Sequence record: PQ287642.1
Strand: one strand, 5' to 3'
DNA: 64,000 bases
The notes below the pieces were generated by a model, which did no database searches, was not told the origin of the DNA, and saw nothing but the letters and a program-made list of their open reading frames with translations. The translations under genes and the position numbers were made by a program. Shown in pieces: positions 1-9,191 of the stretch. Within the stretch, counting starts at the first letter, position 1; every line of letters begins with the position of its first letter.

Positions 1-369
1 GAAGGTTTCAACGAAAGACTTACCAGGTAGTTCTTGTACGACCTGCTCTGTGCTATTTACCAAGGTTACAGCTTTCTCAAATGGGACAGGATGCCCACTT
101 ACCGGCGAGATGATCTTGTAACCATTCTCGCGTAGGTGATCAACGAAGTTCACCATACCAGTTTCAAGACCGACATTATAAATATCGTTCTCCTGGTTGG
201 TAGTGATTTCATAAGTCTTTCCAGCAGGGATATCGACAATGGGAGTACGGTCGTCACTGGTACGTGCTACGTCTCCCATGGTACGACTTACAGTCCAGCA
301 GAACTCATTGAGAACTGGGTTCGATTCTTGCCATTCTTTCTTTTCATCTAAACGGTCTTTATTCGACAT
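1..369 (-). CDS. Hypothetical protein, 3' part runs off the window (MSNKDRLDEKKEWQES...)
   Basis: Manual translation: ATG at 369 with GAGG RBS, open to position 1; early-type promoter upstream. Confidence 0.75.
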   Translation of the reverse strand, partial: MSNKDRLDEKKEWQESNPVLNEFCWTVSRTMGDVARTSDDRTPIVDIPAGKTYEITTNQENDIYNVGLETGMVNFVDHLRENGYKIISPVSGHPVPFEKAVTLVNSTEQVVQELPGKSFVETF

Positions 370-398
370 TGCAGTTACCTCGTTGTGGATACAAGAGA

Positions 399-424
399 GT
401 AATATAGATTTGAAATCTTTTTTA
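399..424 (-). promoter_or_regulatory. phiKZ-type early promoter (AAAAAAGATTTCAAATCTATATTAC)
   Basis: TATATTAC core recalled as the phiKZ early consensus; the same extended motif recurs at 12654, 19669, 28237 and 45348. Confidence 0.7.
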
Positions 425-433
425 TGACATAAA

Positions 434-451
434 GGGGAGCCGAAGCTCCCC
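434..451 (-). terminator. Intrinsic terminator, cUUCGg hairpin
   Basis: GGGGAGC-TTCG-GCTCCCC on minus strand followed by TTTATGT, just after the NAMPT-like stop. Confidence 0.85.
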
Positions 452-458
452 ATGTCTA

Positions 459-2225
459 TTACAGAGAGGTCGCAATCCGTTCCCGGATTTTTGCCATCGT
501 GTCGTTCTTGTAGAATTCACCATTCTTAAAGAACAGCTTCAATTCGCCGGATTCTGTCTCCAGAGTCGCCCAAGACATGTCGGCTTCTTGTTCAAGAACG
601 AAGTTACCTTCTTCATCTTTAATTACACGAAGGAAACCTTTTGCAGACTTCTTACTAGATGCAGCTTTTGGATCTTTATACAGCTCTACGAATTCCTCTT
701 CGATCTGAACAGCAGTGGCTTTAACGGCCATACCGAACGTATCGCGAGTGTTGTACTGATAGGTGTAGCTACCAATACCGAGAACGACGTTACTAGAGGC
801 GTAGCCTTTACGTTCCAAGCGAGACATGATCTGCTCGGTACGTTCTACAGTAATCGAATCGCCATAGATCAGGCCAACATATTCGTTCAGGCATTTGAAG
901 CCTTTACCGTTAACAGTACCGCCAAAGGAATCCCACAGGACTTCAATCGCACCACGTACTTCAACTTCCGGGATAGTCTTTTCAGACAGGAAATCGGAGA
1001 GCGACGAAGCAATGTGATTGATCTCGTAGTATTCGCCTGCGATACGTACAACTTCGTAGCCACTGAACTCAATGGACCCCAGTTCACCGATGTGCTTCTC
1101 GAAATCAGCGCGATCTGCAAACTCAGTCGGGTAAGCCATGTAGCCAGTAATAACTTTAACCGGATCACCGGAGTCAGGACGAACAACAACCCTGGCAAGG
1201 CCAAGTTCATTCTTCAGACGACTTTCGATTTCTGCACGGATGCTCGGGAGAACATCAGAGATAACACCCCAGAAGTCGAAGGAATCACAGACCAGCGAGA
1301 TGATGCCTTCCGGAACTTTCTGAAGAATGATCTCCAGAATGTAGTCACGTTCAGCTTCCAGTCGCAGTTTGTCATGCAGTTCCGGAGTGATCACAGTACC
1401 TTCCTCTTTGAGGAAGTTGATCTTCATTTGCAAACGGTACAGGATGTTGGTAGTGGCTACAGCGTGTTCGGTTGCAGTAACCGAAGCACCCAACAGTTCA
1501 GTATCGCTATTAGCACCGTAATACATCTCAGCGTAATCAAGTGCCGGGATGGTATCAGTACCAGCGAAGCTAGTCAGGTGAGCCGAGCCAGAACGCATTG
1601 CATCTTCAGGGCCACTCATACCACGGAAGCTGAAATCATGTGCTTGGAACTTAACGTGCTCACGGTTATCGCAAGTACGGTCAGCATAATGGTTCAATAC
1701 ACGTTGGTATTCAGCAGCGATGGTTGCGTTGCAAATCATTTTCCAGTTGTACGAACTAACGATGGTTTCCAGATAGTTCACCAGCCAGTAATGATCATCG
1801 TCATCCAGACTGTTGTAAACTACGAAAGTTGGAACACCAATGTTAACACGTTCACCTTCATCAATAGCCAGTACAGTCAGAGGCAGGTAACCCAGTTCAT
1901 GTAGTTTGTACAGACACTCGTGTTTGATAACGCCTTTACCGCACATGTTGTCGAAACGACGTGCAGCGCGTTTAACAGCGATTTCACGAGGCAGATTGAA
2001 GAAGGTACGATCCCACAGTTCTACCAGTTCGTGCCAAGTACCTTGCAACCCGAAGTTAACGACTTTGTTATCGTAGAACGCAGAGCAAGACTTCGACCGC
2101 AGGAACTGCTTAGCAGAGCGCGGGGTGAAGTTAGCATATTTACGTTCAGTACCTTTCGGGTACAGAGCACCATGACCGGGTTTGTAGCAGTCAGTAGCAG
2201 TTGCAGCATAGAGAGCATTAGACAT
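459..2225 (-). CDS. nadV: NAMPT-like enzyme, probably NARP1 nicotinamide ADPR-transferase (Namat)
   Basis: Motifs TDCYKPGH, HDFSFRG, SFAGTDT, ATEHAV, SLVCDSFD, VVVRPDSGDP, LIYGDSIT, GIGSYTYQ; start moved to ATG 2225 (GAGG RBS). Confidence 0.9.
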   Translation of the reverse strand: MSNALYAATATDCYKPGHGALYPKGTERKYANFTPRSAKQFLRSKSCSAFYDNKVVNFGLQGTWHELVELWDRTFFNLPREIAVKRAARRFDNMCGKGVIKHECLYKLHELGYLPLTVLAIDEGERVNIGVPTFVVYNSLDDDDHYWLVNYLETIVSSYNWKMICNATIAAEYQRVLNHYADRTCDNREHVKFQAHDFSFRGMSGPEDAMRSGSAHLTSFAGTDTIPALDYAEMYYGANSDTELLGASVTATEHAVATTNILYRLQMKINFLKEEGTVITPELHDKLRLEAERDYILEIILQKVPEGIISLVCDSFDFWGVISDVLPSIRAEIESRLKNELGLARVVVRPDSGDPVKVITGYMAYPTEFADRADFEKHIGELGSIEFSGYEVVRIAGEYYEINHIASSLSDFLSEKTIPEVEVRGAIEVLWDSFGGTVNGKGFKCLNEYVGLIYGDSITVERTEQIMSRLERKGYASSNVVLGIGSYTYQYNTRDTFGMAVKATAVQIEEEFVELYKDPKAASSKKSAKGFLRVIKDEEGNFVLEQEADMSWATLETESGELKLFFKNGEFYKNDTMAKIRERIATSL

Positions 2226-2241
2226 ATTTTTGATCCTCGGA

Positions 2242-3129
2242 TTAGAAAACAGAATGGGAGAAGAATTTCGGGTCACGTACACCATCATGCCGATAATCAT
2301 TTACGGCGTTAGGATGATAGGTGTTAGTGGTCTGGATATAGTCGTAGTATTCGTTCAGCTCGTCGAAACCCTTGGAGAAAATACCATGGGTTACAAACAG
2401 ACCCAGTTGATCTACGATGCACTGTTCGTGGATAACCTTAGCAAGTTCAATGAACGTGCGGCCACCATCACAGATGTCATCGATAACCAACAGCTTTGCT
2501 AACCGAGGAACATCATGGGCATTCAACAAAGAAGTATGGGTGATCTTACCAGTCGACAGTTCACGGTTCTTGCAAGCGTAGAGTACACCAGCAGCGCCAA
2601 TCTCTTTTGCAATGGCTTCGATCTTTTTACGTGCACCTTCATCAGAGGCAACCAACCACCATTCTTGTGGAGTTTCCAGAAGTTGTCCTTCTACACATAC
2701 CCAGCTCTTGATAATATCAGCTTGGGTGATTTCGCGACAGTTGTTGATGAGCGGTAGCGACACATTGCTGTGCGGATCGTACAAACACACGGATGTAGCA
2801 TCCAATGCGTTGATCAAGCTAGTCATCACACTGATCGACAAAGGTTCACCTTCATCGCAAACACGATCTTGTCGTGCATACGGCAGATAACCAATAACCA
2901 GGTGCATTTCAGGACGAATACGTTGACGACGAATAGCATCGAACACCAGGAACAGTTCCATGATGTCATCGCTATTACGAAGCCAAGCATTGACTATGAA
3001 TTGTTCACCTTTCTTTCTGTGATCTTTCAGAGGGATCTTGATACCGATCTCACCGCCAGGGAATTTAAAGGGCTGACAATCGTAGTGATCTGCCAGGCCG
3101 TTACCGTGAAGCTGAGTAATTCGAATCAT
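2242..3129 (-). CDS. prs: Ribose-phosphate pyrophosphokinase-like protein, probably NARP1 ADPR-PP synthetase (Adps)
   Basis: FKFPGGE, YLPYARQDR, DPHS, VASDEGA, LVIDDICDGGRTF, THGIFSKG motifs; directly upstream of the NAMPT-like gene. Confidence 0.9.
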   Translation of the reverse strand: MIRITQLHGNGLADHYDCQPFKFPGGEIGIKIPLKDHRKKGEQFIVNAWLRNSDDIMELFLVFDAIRRQRIRPEMHLVIGYLPYARQDRVCDEGEPLSISVMTSLINALDATSVCLYDPHSNVSLPLINNCREITQADIIKSWVCVEGQLLETPQEWWLVASDEGARKKIEAIAKEIGAAGVLYACKNRELSTGKITHTSLLNAHDVPRLAKLLVIDDICDGGRTFIELAKVIHEQCIVDQLGLFVTHGIFSKGFDELNEYYDYIQTTNTYHPNAVNDYRHDGVRDPKFFSHSVF

Positions 3130-3153
3130 TTATTTTTCCTTTAGGAAAGTTAT

Positions 3154-3169
3154 GGGGACCGAAGTCCCC
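3154..3169 (-). terminator. Hairpin terminator between rtcB and prs
   Basis: GGGGAC-TTCG-GTCCCC on minus strand; weak U-tract, so readthrough is possible. Confidence 0.6.
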
Positions 3170-3176
3170 GTTCGGG

Positions 3177-4430
3177 TTAGCCCTTGACGCAAACAATCTG
3201 ACGCAGGGTGTGGACGATCTCAATGAGGTCATCCTGAGCAGCCATTACGTCTTCAATGTTCTTATAAGCCTTTGGAGTCTCGTCGATCACGTCAATGTCT
3301 TTCCGGCATTCTACACCGGCAGTATCACGAGCGTGGTCAGCAAGAGTGAAAGTCTTAGCGGCTTGGGTTCGGGACATGACACGTCCTGCTCCGTGCGAAC
3401 ACGAACAGAAGGACTCGCGGTTCCCTTTACCTTTCACGATGAAGCTCTTCGCGCCCATCGATCCAGGAATAACGCCCAGCATACCCTCATCTGCACGCAC
3501 TGCGCCTTTACGAGTTACGGATACTTTCGCACCGAAGTGGTTCTCGAAGGAGACGTAGTTATGGTGACATTGCACAGCTGATAAGCTGGTATTGATTGGT
3601 CGACCCATGTAATCTGCAACTGCCTCGATAGTGGCGCGCATCATGATCGTACGGTTGAGCGTGGCATAACGCTGAGCCCAATGTACAGCTTCGATGTAGT
3701 CGCTGTAGTACTTGGTACCTTCCGGTAGATAAGCGAGGTCCTGATCAGGCAGGTTGATGTGGTAGAGCCGCATCTCCTCTTTTGCTTTCTCAATGAAGTA
3801 CCGACCGATTGCGTTACCGATCCCACGCGAACCCGAATGGAGCATGATCCAAACTCGATCTTGTTCATCCAGACAGATCTCTACGAAGTGGTTACCAGTG
3901 CCGAGGGTACCAGCATGGTTGAATGCACGGTTAGCAGCCTTACCCAGTTTCGGGTGTTTAGCCACGATGAGCTTCAGTTCCTCTTCAAGCTTCTTAACCT
4001 GAGCTTGGAGCTCCGGTTCGAGTTTCTTGTAAACGAGGTTGAAGTCACTCCATGTACCACGGTCATTCGGGCCACCATTGTCAGTACGACCATGGGGGAT
4101 ACGGGATTCTATTTTATAACGAAGATGTTGCAGACCATGAGTCATGTCGTTAGCTGTCAGATCAGTAAGCTGGCATGCAATCCCGCACCCAATATCGACC
4201 CCTACCGCAGACGGAATGATTGCACCCCGCGTAGCGATTACGGAACCGATGGTTGCACCGGTACCAAGGTGGACATCAGGCATTACAGCCAAATGCTTGT
4301 AAATGAACGGGAGTCCCGCGATGTTCTTCAGCTGACGTTTTGCATCAGCTTCAACAGGGACGCCTTTAACCCAAGCTTTAATTGGGAATTCATTTTGTTC
4401 GTTCAGCATAACGTATTTTTGAGTAGTCAT
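3177..4430 (-). CDS. rtcB: RtcB RNA 3'-phosphate/5'-OH ligase
   Basis: MPDVHLG, GVDIGCG, GTLGTGNHFVE, LHSGSRG, CHHNY, RKGA, IPGSMG, SCSHGAGR, DETPKAYK motifs. Confidence 0.97.
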   Translation of the reverse strand: MTTQKYVMLNEQNEFPIKAWVKGVPVEADAKRQLKNIAGLPFIYKHLAVMPDVHLGTGATIGSVIATRGAIIPSAVGVDIGCGIACQLTDLTANDMTHGLQHLRYKIESRIPHGRTDNGGPNDRGTWSDFNLVYKKLEPELQAQVKKLEEELKLIVAKHPKLGKAANRAFNHAGTLGTGNHFVEICLDEQDRVWIMLHSGSRGIGNAIGRYFIEKAKEEMRLYHINLPDQDLAYLPEGTKYYSDYIEAVHWAQRYATLNRTIMMRATIEAVADYMGRPINTSLSAVQCHHNYVSFENHFGAKVSVTRKGAVRADEGMLGVIPGSMGAKSFIVKGKGNRESFCSCSHGAGRVMSRTQAAKTFTLADHARDTAGVECRKDIDVIDETPKAYKNIEDVMAAQDDLIEIVHTLRQIVCVKG

Positions 4431-4459
4431 TGTAGACGCTCCGAGAGTTTTAAGGTTTA

Positions 4460-4538
4460 GGAATTCAACGATTTAACGTTGTGCCAAGGTCGGGATCGCA
4501 GAATTCCAAGGATAGGTAGAGTAATGTCATGCCTATCC
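4460..4538 (-). promoter_or_regulatory. Structured intergenic leader upstream of rtcB
   Basis: Inverted repeats GGAATT/AATTCC enclosing CAACG/CGTTG, plus GGATAGG/CCTATCC, in a 140-nt gap. Confidence 0.35.
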
Positions 4539-4569
4539 GTATTAGATAAGACTTTTGAGTAAATTGTCA

Positions 4570-5151
4570 TCAGTCCGATTCAACGGCCATGGATAACTCT
4601 TTATGTTTCCTTCGTCTTTCAATATCAGCAAACCATGGTCTTACACTTAACCATATTGCAGGCCAACTGAGAATAGCCGCTACAGCCATCCACACTGCAC
4701 TGAGTAGCACCCATGCGTCGTTACCATCGTCAACATCTCGTGGAGCTATGTCGAGTTGATAGTCAGTTCCAACGGGGACATGGTGATAAGTGTAATCACC
4801 TAGCTTAGTTTCGTATACGAAGGGGACACCTTTCATCTTCCCTTCCCAACGACCCATTAGCTCTGTGTAGATCCCATGTTTGTATTTGTGGGTCTCTTCC
4901 CATTTCCAGGTCAATACAACCTGGGTCTTACGTTTGGTTACGTAGTCAGAGAAGAATGAGTTGTAGACTGCACCACCCATAAATGCTAAGCAGATTAGGT
5001 AGAGCACCACACAACGCAGTTTAACCCACTTGGAGATTGGTACATACGGCTCTTGTTTCATAGTCATCGTACAGCCGATTGCGTTTGCATAACCCAAGGG
5101 ATTCCTTGATGCCATTGCATTTATTGCGGCTGCCTCCAGAGTTATACTCAT
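4570..5151 (-). CDS. Hypothetical membrane protein with two predicted TM helices
   Basis: Hydrophobic stretches CVVLYLICLAFMGGAVY and AWVLLSAVWMAVAAILSWPAIWL. Confidence 0.75.
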   Translation of the reverse strand: MSITLEAAAINAMASRNPLGYANAIGCTMTMKQEPYVPISKWVKLRCVVLYLICLAFMGGAVYNSFFSDYVTKRKTQVVLTWKWEETHKYKHGIYTELMGRWEGKMKGVPFVYETKLGDYTYHHVPVGTDYQLDIAPRDVDDGNDAWVLLSAVWMAVAAILSWPAIWLSVRPWFADIERRRKHKELSMAVESD

Positions 5152-5975
5152 TTAGGATTCTCATGGATAAGCTGGAACGTGTCGAACTTGTATTGATCAA
5201 CGAAGTGCCACGCGAGTTCACTCAGCTTAAAGATATCCGGACGTTCGTATTTACCGAAGTCGGGTTTCTCTTTAGCCAAATGGAAATCGATGAAACGGTC
5301 CAATACAGGGCAACGATCGATCAAGTCTTGTTCAGTGGAACCTACCTTACAGTTGACCAGTTCCTGAATACGTTTGTACAAGGTGGGATCAGACAGAATC
5401 GGTAGGAGTTCATAGAATACCATCGGTGGATGTTCACGACTAGTCTCAACCCACAATGCTGCTAACAGTGGACGGAGAGCATAGAAGTATTTCTTCATGC
5501 GGACTTTCTCATCCGACAGCCAACGCATCTTGGTTTGCTTGGCCATGGAGATATAGTGCATGAAGCTCGATTCGGGAATGAAGTGCTTGATAGCGTAATC
5601 ACGAATCAGTTTGTAATCCCATTCGTTCTTACGGTAAACGATCGGGGAGTTCAACCACTCCAACAGAGTCGGGTTAGACTTGTAAGCCAGTTGAAGTGTC
5701 TTGGTGATACTCCAACCAGCCAGATCGAGTTCCTTGGAAACCATCTCTTCGATGGTGTCACGACCTTCGTTATCAACCCGGACATAATGACTCGGATGGT
5801 TAACGTAGATGAAGCGAACATCGTAGTCACTATTAGTAGAAGCGAAACCCCAACCACGACTACCGGACTCACAGGCGTAAATGATCTTTACACCATACTT
5901 CTGTTCGATACGAGTTAACTCGGCGTCTATAACTGCATGCATCTCATCACTAACAGGGTGACGTGGATCCATCAT
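5148..5975 (-). CDS. RlaP/YcgL-like Pol-beta-superfamily nucleotidyltransferase
   Basis: IIYACESGSRGWGFASTNSDYDVRFIY, SNPTLLEWL, KKYFYALRPLL. Confidence 0.85.
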   Translation of the reverse strand: MMDPRHPVSDEMHAVIDAELTRIEQKYGVKIIYACESGSRGWGFASTNSDYDVRFIYVNHPSHYVRVDNEGRDTIEEMVSKELDLAGWSITKTLQLAYKSNPTLLEWLNSPIVYRKNEWDYKLIRDYAIKHFIPESSFMHYISMAKQTKMRWLSDEKVRMKKYFYALRPLLAALWVETSREHPPMVFYELLPILSDPTLYKRIQELVNCKVGSTEQDLIDRCPVLDRFIDFHLAKEKPDFGKYERPDIFKLSELAWHFVDQYKFDTFQLIHENPK

Positions 5976-6379
5976 TCACCTACCTTTTCAAGTTTGAGTT
6001 TCTCTTCTTTACCCGTGTCCAAATACATGAACATCGAATTTCCCAGTAGGTTGTAATACATCCAACCTTCCTTAACCACTTGATCGCCATACGTCAGAGG
6101 AATGTTCAATTCGTAAATGGCGTCATAAGGGATGACTACAGGATCTTTGTCAGGCTTGTTGAGGACGAGTGCATCGTCAGTAAGCTCAAGCCATTGCTTA
6201 CGACTGATGACCCCAAGACCGATACTGAATTCGCTACCTGGGTCTTTCCCATTGAAGATACCACAGCGAACAGCAGGATCAACTCGATCACCAGCAATAC
6301 CGATCTTAAGAGGGTCAGGGTCTACGCCCATCAATTCAACAACCAGTTCCAGTTGACGCTTGAGTTCAATCTTGTTCAC
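5972..6379 (-). CDS. Hypothetical protein
   Basis: GTG start overlapping the upstream stop (GTGA) with AAGGA RBS. Confidence 0.65.
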   Translation of the reverse strand: MNKIELKRQLELVVELMGVDPDPLKIGIAGDRVDPAVRCGIFNGKDPGSEFSIGLGVISRKQWLELTDDALVLNKPDKDPVVIPYDAIYELNIPLTYGDQVVKEGWMYYNLLGNSMFMYLDTGKEEKLKLEKVGE

Positions 6380-6984
6380 AGTGTAAATTCCTTCGTGTTG
6401 TATTGACGTGCAGAGTCGGTCCACCATGTAGGTGTCTGTGCGTAGTAGTATTCACCAAAGATACAAGTGGCTAAGGTTTTATCCAAAGCTTCCTGATAAG
6501 ACATCTCGCCATCTTTAGTAGCGAAGTGAACCATGTTGTTGAAGCAGGTAATGATGTCAGCGTTTTCTTTTGTGGAGAAAACAACGGTACCTTTGGCTCC
6601 CACTTCGGAATGGATCATCGAGCTCCACGGACGAACACCACGATCAGTGACCAGATAGATATCTTGTACAGCCGATATGGAGAAGAACGTACGAAGAAGG
6701 TTACCGTAATCGGGTAGGTCTTGCTCGAACAGAATATCGAGGATCTTACAGACCTTATCGATCTTCTTCATTTTCTCGGTGTAACGCGCACCACCATCAT
6801 TCTCAGTGCAACCGATATTGAAGATGATACTGTAAATGGATTCCACAAGCTTACAGCATTTGTAGACGTACGGAGTTCCCTTTACTTTAGGAGTCCATAC
6901 GAAAAGATTGCTCTTTCCTGGATTAGGTTGCTTGAACTGATGGATGCGGTACGGAATACCTTTTTCAAACAGCATGAAGTCCAT
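6376..6984 (-). CDS. Hypothetical protein, paralog of 19085..19639
   Basis: ORF with GGAG RBS; shared KKID, IYxxTDRG and ENA segments. Confidence 0.7.
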   Translation of the reverse strand: MDFMLFEKGIPYRIHQFKQPNPGKSNLFVWTPKVKGTPYVYKCCKLVESIYSIIFNIGCTENDGGARYTEKMKKIDKVCKILDILFEQDLPDYGNLLRTFFSISAVQDIYLVTDRGVRPWSSMIHSEVGAKGTVVFSTKENADIITCFNNMVHFATKDGEMSYQEALDKTLATCIFGEYYYAQTPTWWTDSARQYNTKEFTL

Positions 6985-7003
6985 TATTTTCTCCAAAGGA
7001 AAT

Positions 7004-7027
7004 AAAGCCTCCCCGAAGGGAGGCTTT
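7004..7027. terminator. Bidirectional-looking intrinsic terminator
   Basis: AAAGCCTCCC-CGAA-GGGAGGCTTT. Confidence 0.85.
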
Positions 7028-7031
7028 TATG

Positions 7032-8462
7032 TCAGACAGCTACTTTCCCAGCGATGTGTGGATGGAACTGGTAATCCAGAATCTCGTAATCTTCCCGAGT
7101 GATATCAAGGAAAGGTTTACCTTTGGCCTCAGGCTTGAAGCGGATGGTAGGAGTAGGATAAGTATTCCGCGAACGTTGCAGAGTAACCTGTTCCTCATGG
7201 TTACTGTAGATGTGACAGTCACCACCAGTCCAGATGAACTCTTCTGCTACCATGTTAAACTGGTTCGCCAATTGATGAGTCATCAGCGAATAGAACATGA
7301 TGTTAAAGGGCACGCCCAAAAATTCGTCCGCCGATCTTTGATAGAGTTGACAACTGATAGCTCGTTTCGGAGCACCATGTTGATCCAACCATTCTACCAC
7401 TGCTTCATCGGTAGCCTTTTCATAACCACGATAGATACGCAGAAGTGCTTTAACCTGCTCAGCACCACCGAATGGAGGTTGACCACGAGTAGTCTCACCA
7501 CTAATCTGATCATGGTAAGCATCAGCTTCGAAATGCGTTTGGTCTAGAGCTTGCACTCGTTCATCTACGGTAAGTTCACGGGTCCAGAACTGAATAAATG
7601 CATGGCATGGCGGGAGTGCCTGATCTTCGACCAAACGTGGATCCCAAGCACAGATAATCAGTCGACGACTATCTGGATTGTTTTCCAGTTGGTAAAGCAG
7701 TTCTTGAACCTGATCCACACGCCGGCGAATAACACACTCATCTTTCGTGTAATCAACACCAGGTACGTCAACTACGAACTTAAAGCCGCGTTTCTCGTAA
7801 TTAGCCCAGTCTACTTTAGGAACGATACGAACATCGTCGATATCACGCCAGGTTTTACCATAGACCGGACCAAGATCACCACCAACCAAACGGAAGGCAG
7901 CCAACAGACCATCGTTGTCTTTAATCACGATCTTCGCATCGCCAATGACAATACGATATACGCGTAGAGCCATGCCATAGTAGTCGAATGCATCGGGACC
8001 AGGACCGAAACGACTTACATCAGCCCAGGCTTTCAGGTTGATCAACAGTAGTGCCGATTTGTCCTGTTCAGGATCAATCCACTTCCAATCGACATCACCG
8101 ATCTCATTGCTGAAATGCATCTCAAACGGAATGTTCTTGAACTTCTTCTGAACAGCTGTAGTCAGCCAATCATCAGAAACCTTTTCGAATACTTCAGTAC
8201 CCGGCTTAACCCACTCGTTCCAGATGGTGACGTTCTTGCTCAGGAGATACTCAAGGCGAGTGTCACCAGACTTCATCCAGTTGAGTTCTTCTTCAACCGA
8301 CGGAAGATGAATCTTCTTGGTGGTCACTACAGGGAGGTTACCGTTACGAAGATCATAGCGGAACTGTCTACCGAACAAAGAGGTAGTACCCGTACCAGTA
8401 CGGTCACCTTTAAATACACCGTACTTCTGGGTATCTTCAAGTAGTTGTAGATACTGATGCAT
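7032..8462 (-). CDS. thyA: Thymidylate synthase with large insertions
   Basis: DRTGTGT, TTKK, LGPVYG, PDSRRL, LPPCH, YQRSAD-x-FLGVPFN, GDCHIY. Confidence 0.95.
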   Translation of the reverse strand: MHQYLQLLEDTQKYGVFKGDRTGTGTTSLFGRQFRYDLRNGNLPVVTTKKIHLPSVEEELNWMKSGDTRLEYLLSKNVTIWNEWVKPGTEVFEKVSDDWLTTAVQKKFKNIPFEMHFSNEIGDVDWKWIDPEQDKSALLLINLKAWADVSRFGPGPDAFDYYGMALRVYRIVIGDAKIVIKDNDGLLAAFRLVGGDLGPVYGKTWRDIDDVRIVPKVDWANYEKRGFKFVVDVPGVDYTKDECVIRRRVDQVQELLYQLENNPDSRRLIICAWDPRLVEDQALPPCHAFIQFWTRELTVDERVQALDQTHFEADAYHDQISGETTRGQPPFGGAEQVKALLRIYRGYEKATDEAVVEWLDQHGAPKRAISCQLYQRSADEFLGVPFNIMFYSLMTHQLANQFNMVAEEFIWTGGDCHIYSNHEEQVTLQRSRNTYPTPTIRFKPEAKGKPFLDITREDYEILDYQFHPHIAGKVAV

Positions 8463-8806
8463 TAAACACCTCCATCGTTAGAAGCCGCGGTCAGCTTGCT
8501 AGGAAGACCTAGAGTTTTATGGGTAGTTTCTTCAATAGCTTTCAGAAGAGCTTCCATATTACCAGTAGGATGACCCAGATGTGGATCATTTTGATAACTG
8601 ATTTCGAAGGTCATGGGGACATCCACGACATGACTGAAATCGACATCACCAACATTCACCGGATAACCCAGACTGATACCTTTAATAACCTTACGGTCAT
8701 GACCGATAGCAATGAAGTCCATGGTAGCACGGTTATGGACGACTGCCCAAGCACCAGTGGATTGCAGTAGGTTACGACTTACGATTTCAGAGATTGTCAT
8801 CTTCAA
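8462..8806 (-). CDS. Hypothetical protein
   Basis: Tightly packed ORF in operon. Confidence 0.6.
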   Translation of the reverse strand: MKMTISEIVSRNLLQSTGAWAVVHNRATMDFIAIGHDRKVIKGISLGYPVNVGDVDFSHVVDVPMTFEISYQNDPHLGHPTGNMEALLKAIEETTHKTLGLPSKLTAASNDGGV

Positions 8807-9191
8807 CTACCTTTAGGAACTTTGCAGTTACTTGGAGAATGATACCAGATTCGGCACGGGCGTCATCACCATCAGATTCATAATGGATACTACCGCCATC
8901 AACCCACACGCGAGCACCGTTCGGAACAAGTTCATCAGTTGCCATGTATTGAACTTCGGTGTAATCGCCTGAACTATTGCTAGTGCGAGAGATACCCATC
9001 AGGTGATCGCAACTGGGTACGATGATACCCATGTTACCTGGGTTAATGTAAGCAGTGACTTCAGTCAACCCGATGAAGTAGTGACCACGAGACGGCGGTA
9101 CAGTCAGTTTATAATTGTTGAACGGAGTCAACAAAAATTTGACTTCATTAGTAGTTGGAAGAGGTAAAGCGTTTACAGTTTGATTGTTCAT
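8787..9191 (-). CDS. Hypothetical protein
   Basis: Packed ORF, ATGA overlap. Confidence 0.65.
   Translation of the reverse strand: MNNQTVNALPLPTTNEVKFLLTPFNNYKLTVPPSRGHYFIGLTEVTAYINPGNMGIIVPSCDHLMGISRTSNSSGDYTEVQYMATDELVPNGARVWVDGGSIHYESDGDDARAESGIILQVTAKFLKVVEDDNL

Noticed and set aside
588-1904. 438-aa plus-strand ORF
   Set aside because: Antisense shadow of the NAMPT-like gene; no motifs, no RBS context
2230-2502. Plus-strand 90-aa ORF across prs and nadV
   Set aside because: Overlaps two well-supported minus-strand genes; no independent signals
459-3129. NARP2 or classical NAD salvage
   Set aside because: No NMNAT (HxGH) gene adjacent; the PRPS-like partner fits NARP1 better
4460-4507. 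Pistol or hammerhead ribozyme
   Set aside because: GUUAAAU resemblance only; conserved core and pseudoknot not found
7032-8462. Possible dCMP hydroxymethylase or base-modification enzyme
   Set aside because: Retains the thymidylate synthase Asn (GVPFN), which indicates dUMP specificity
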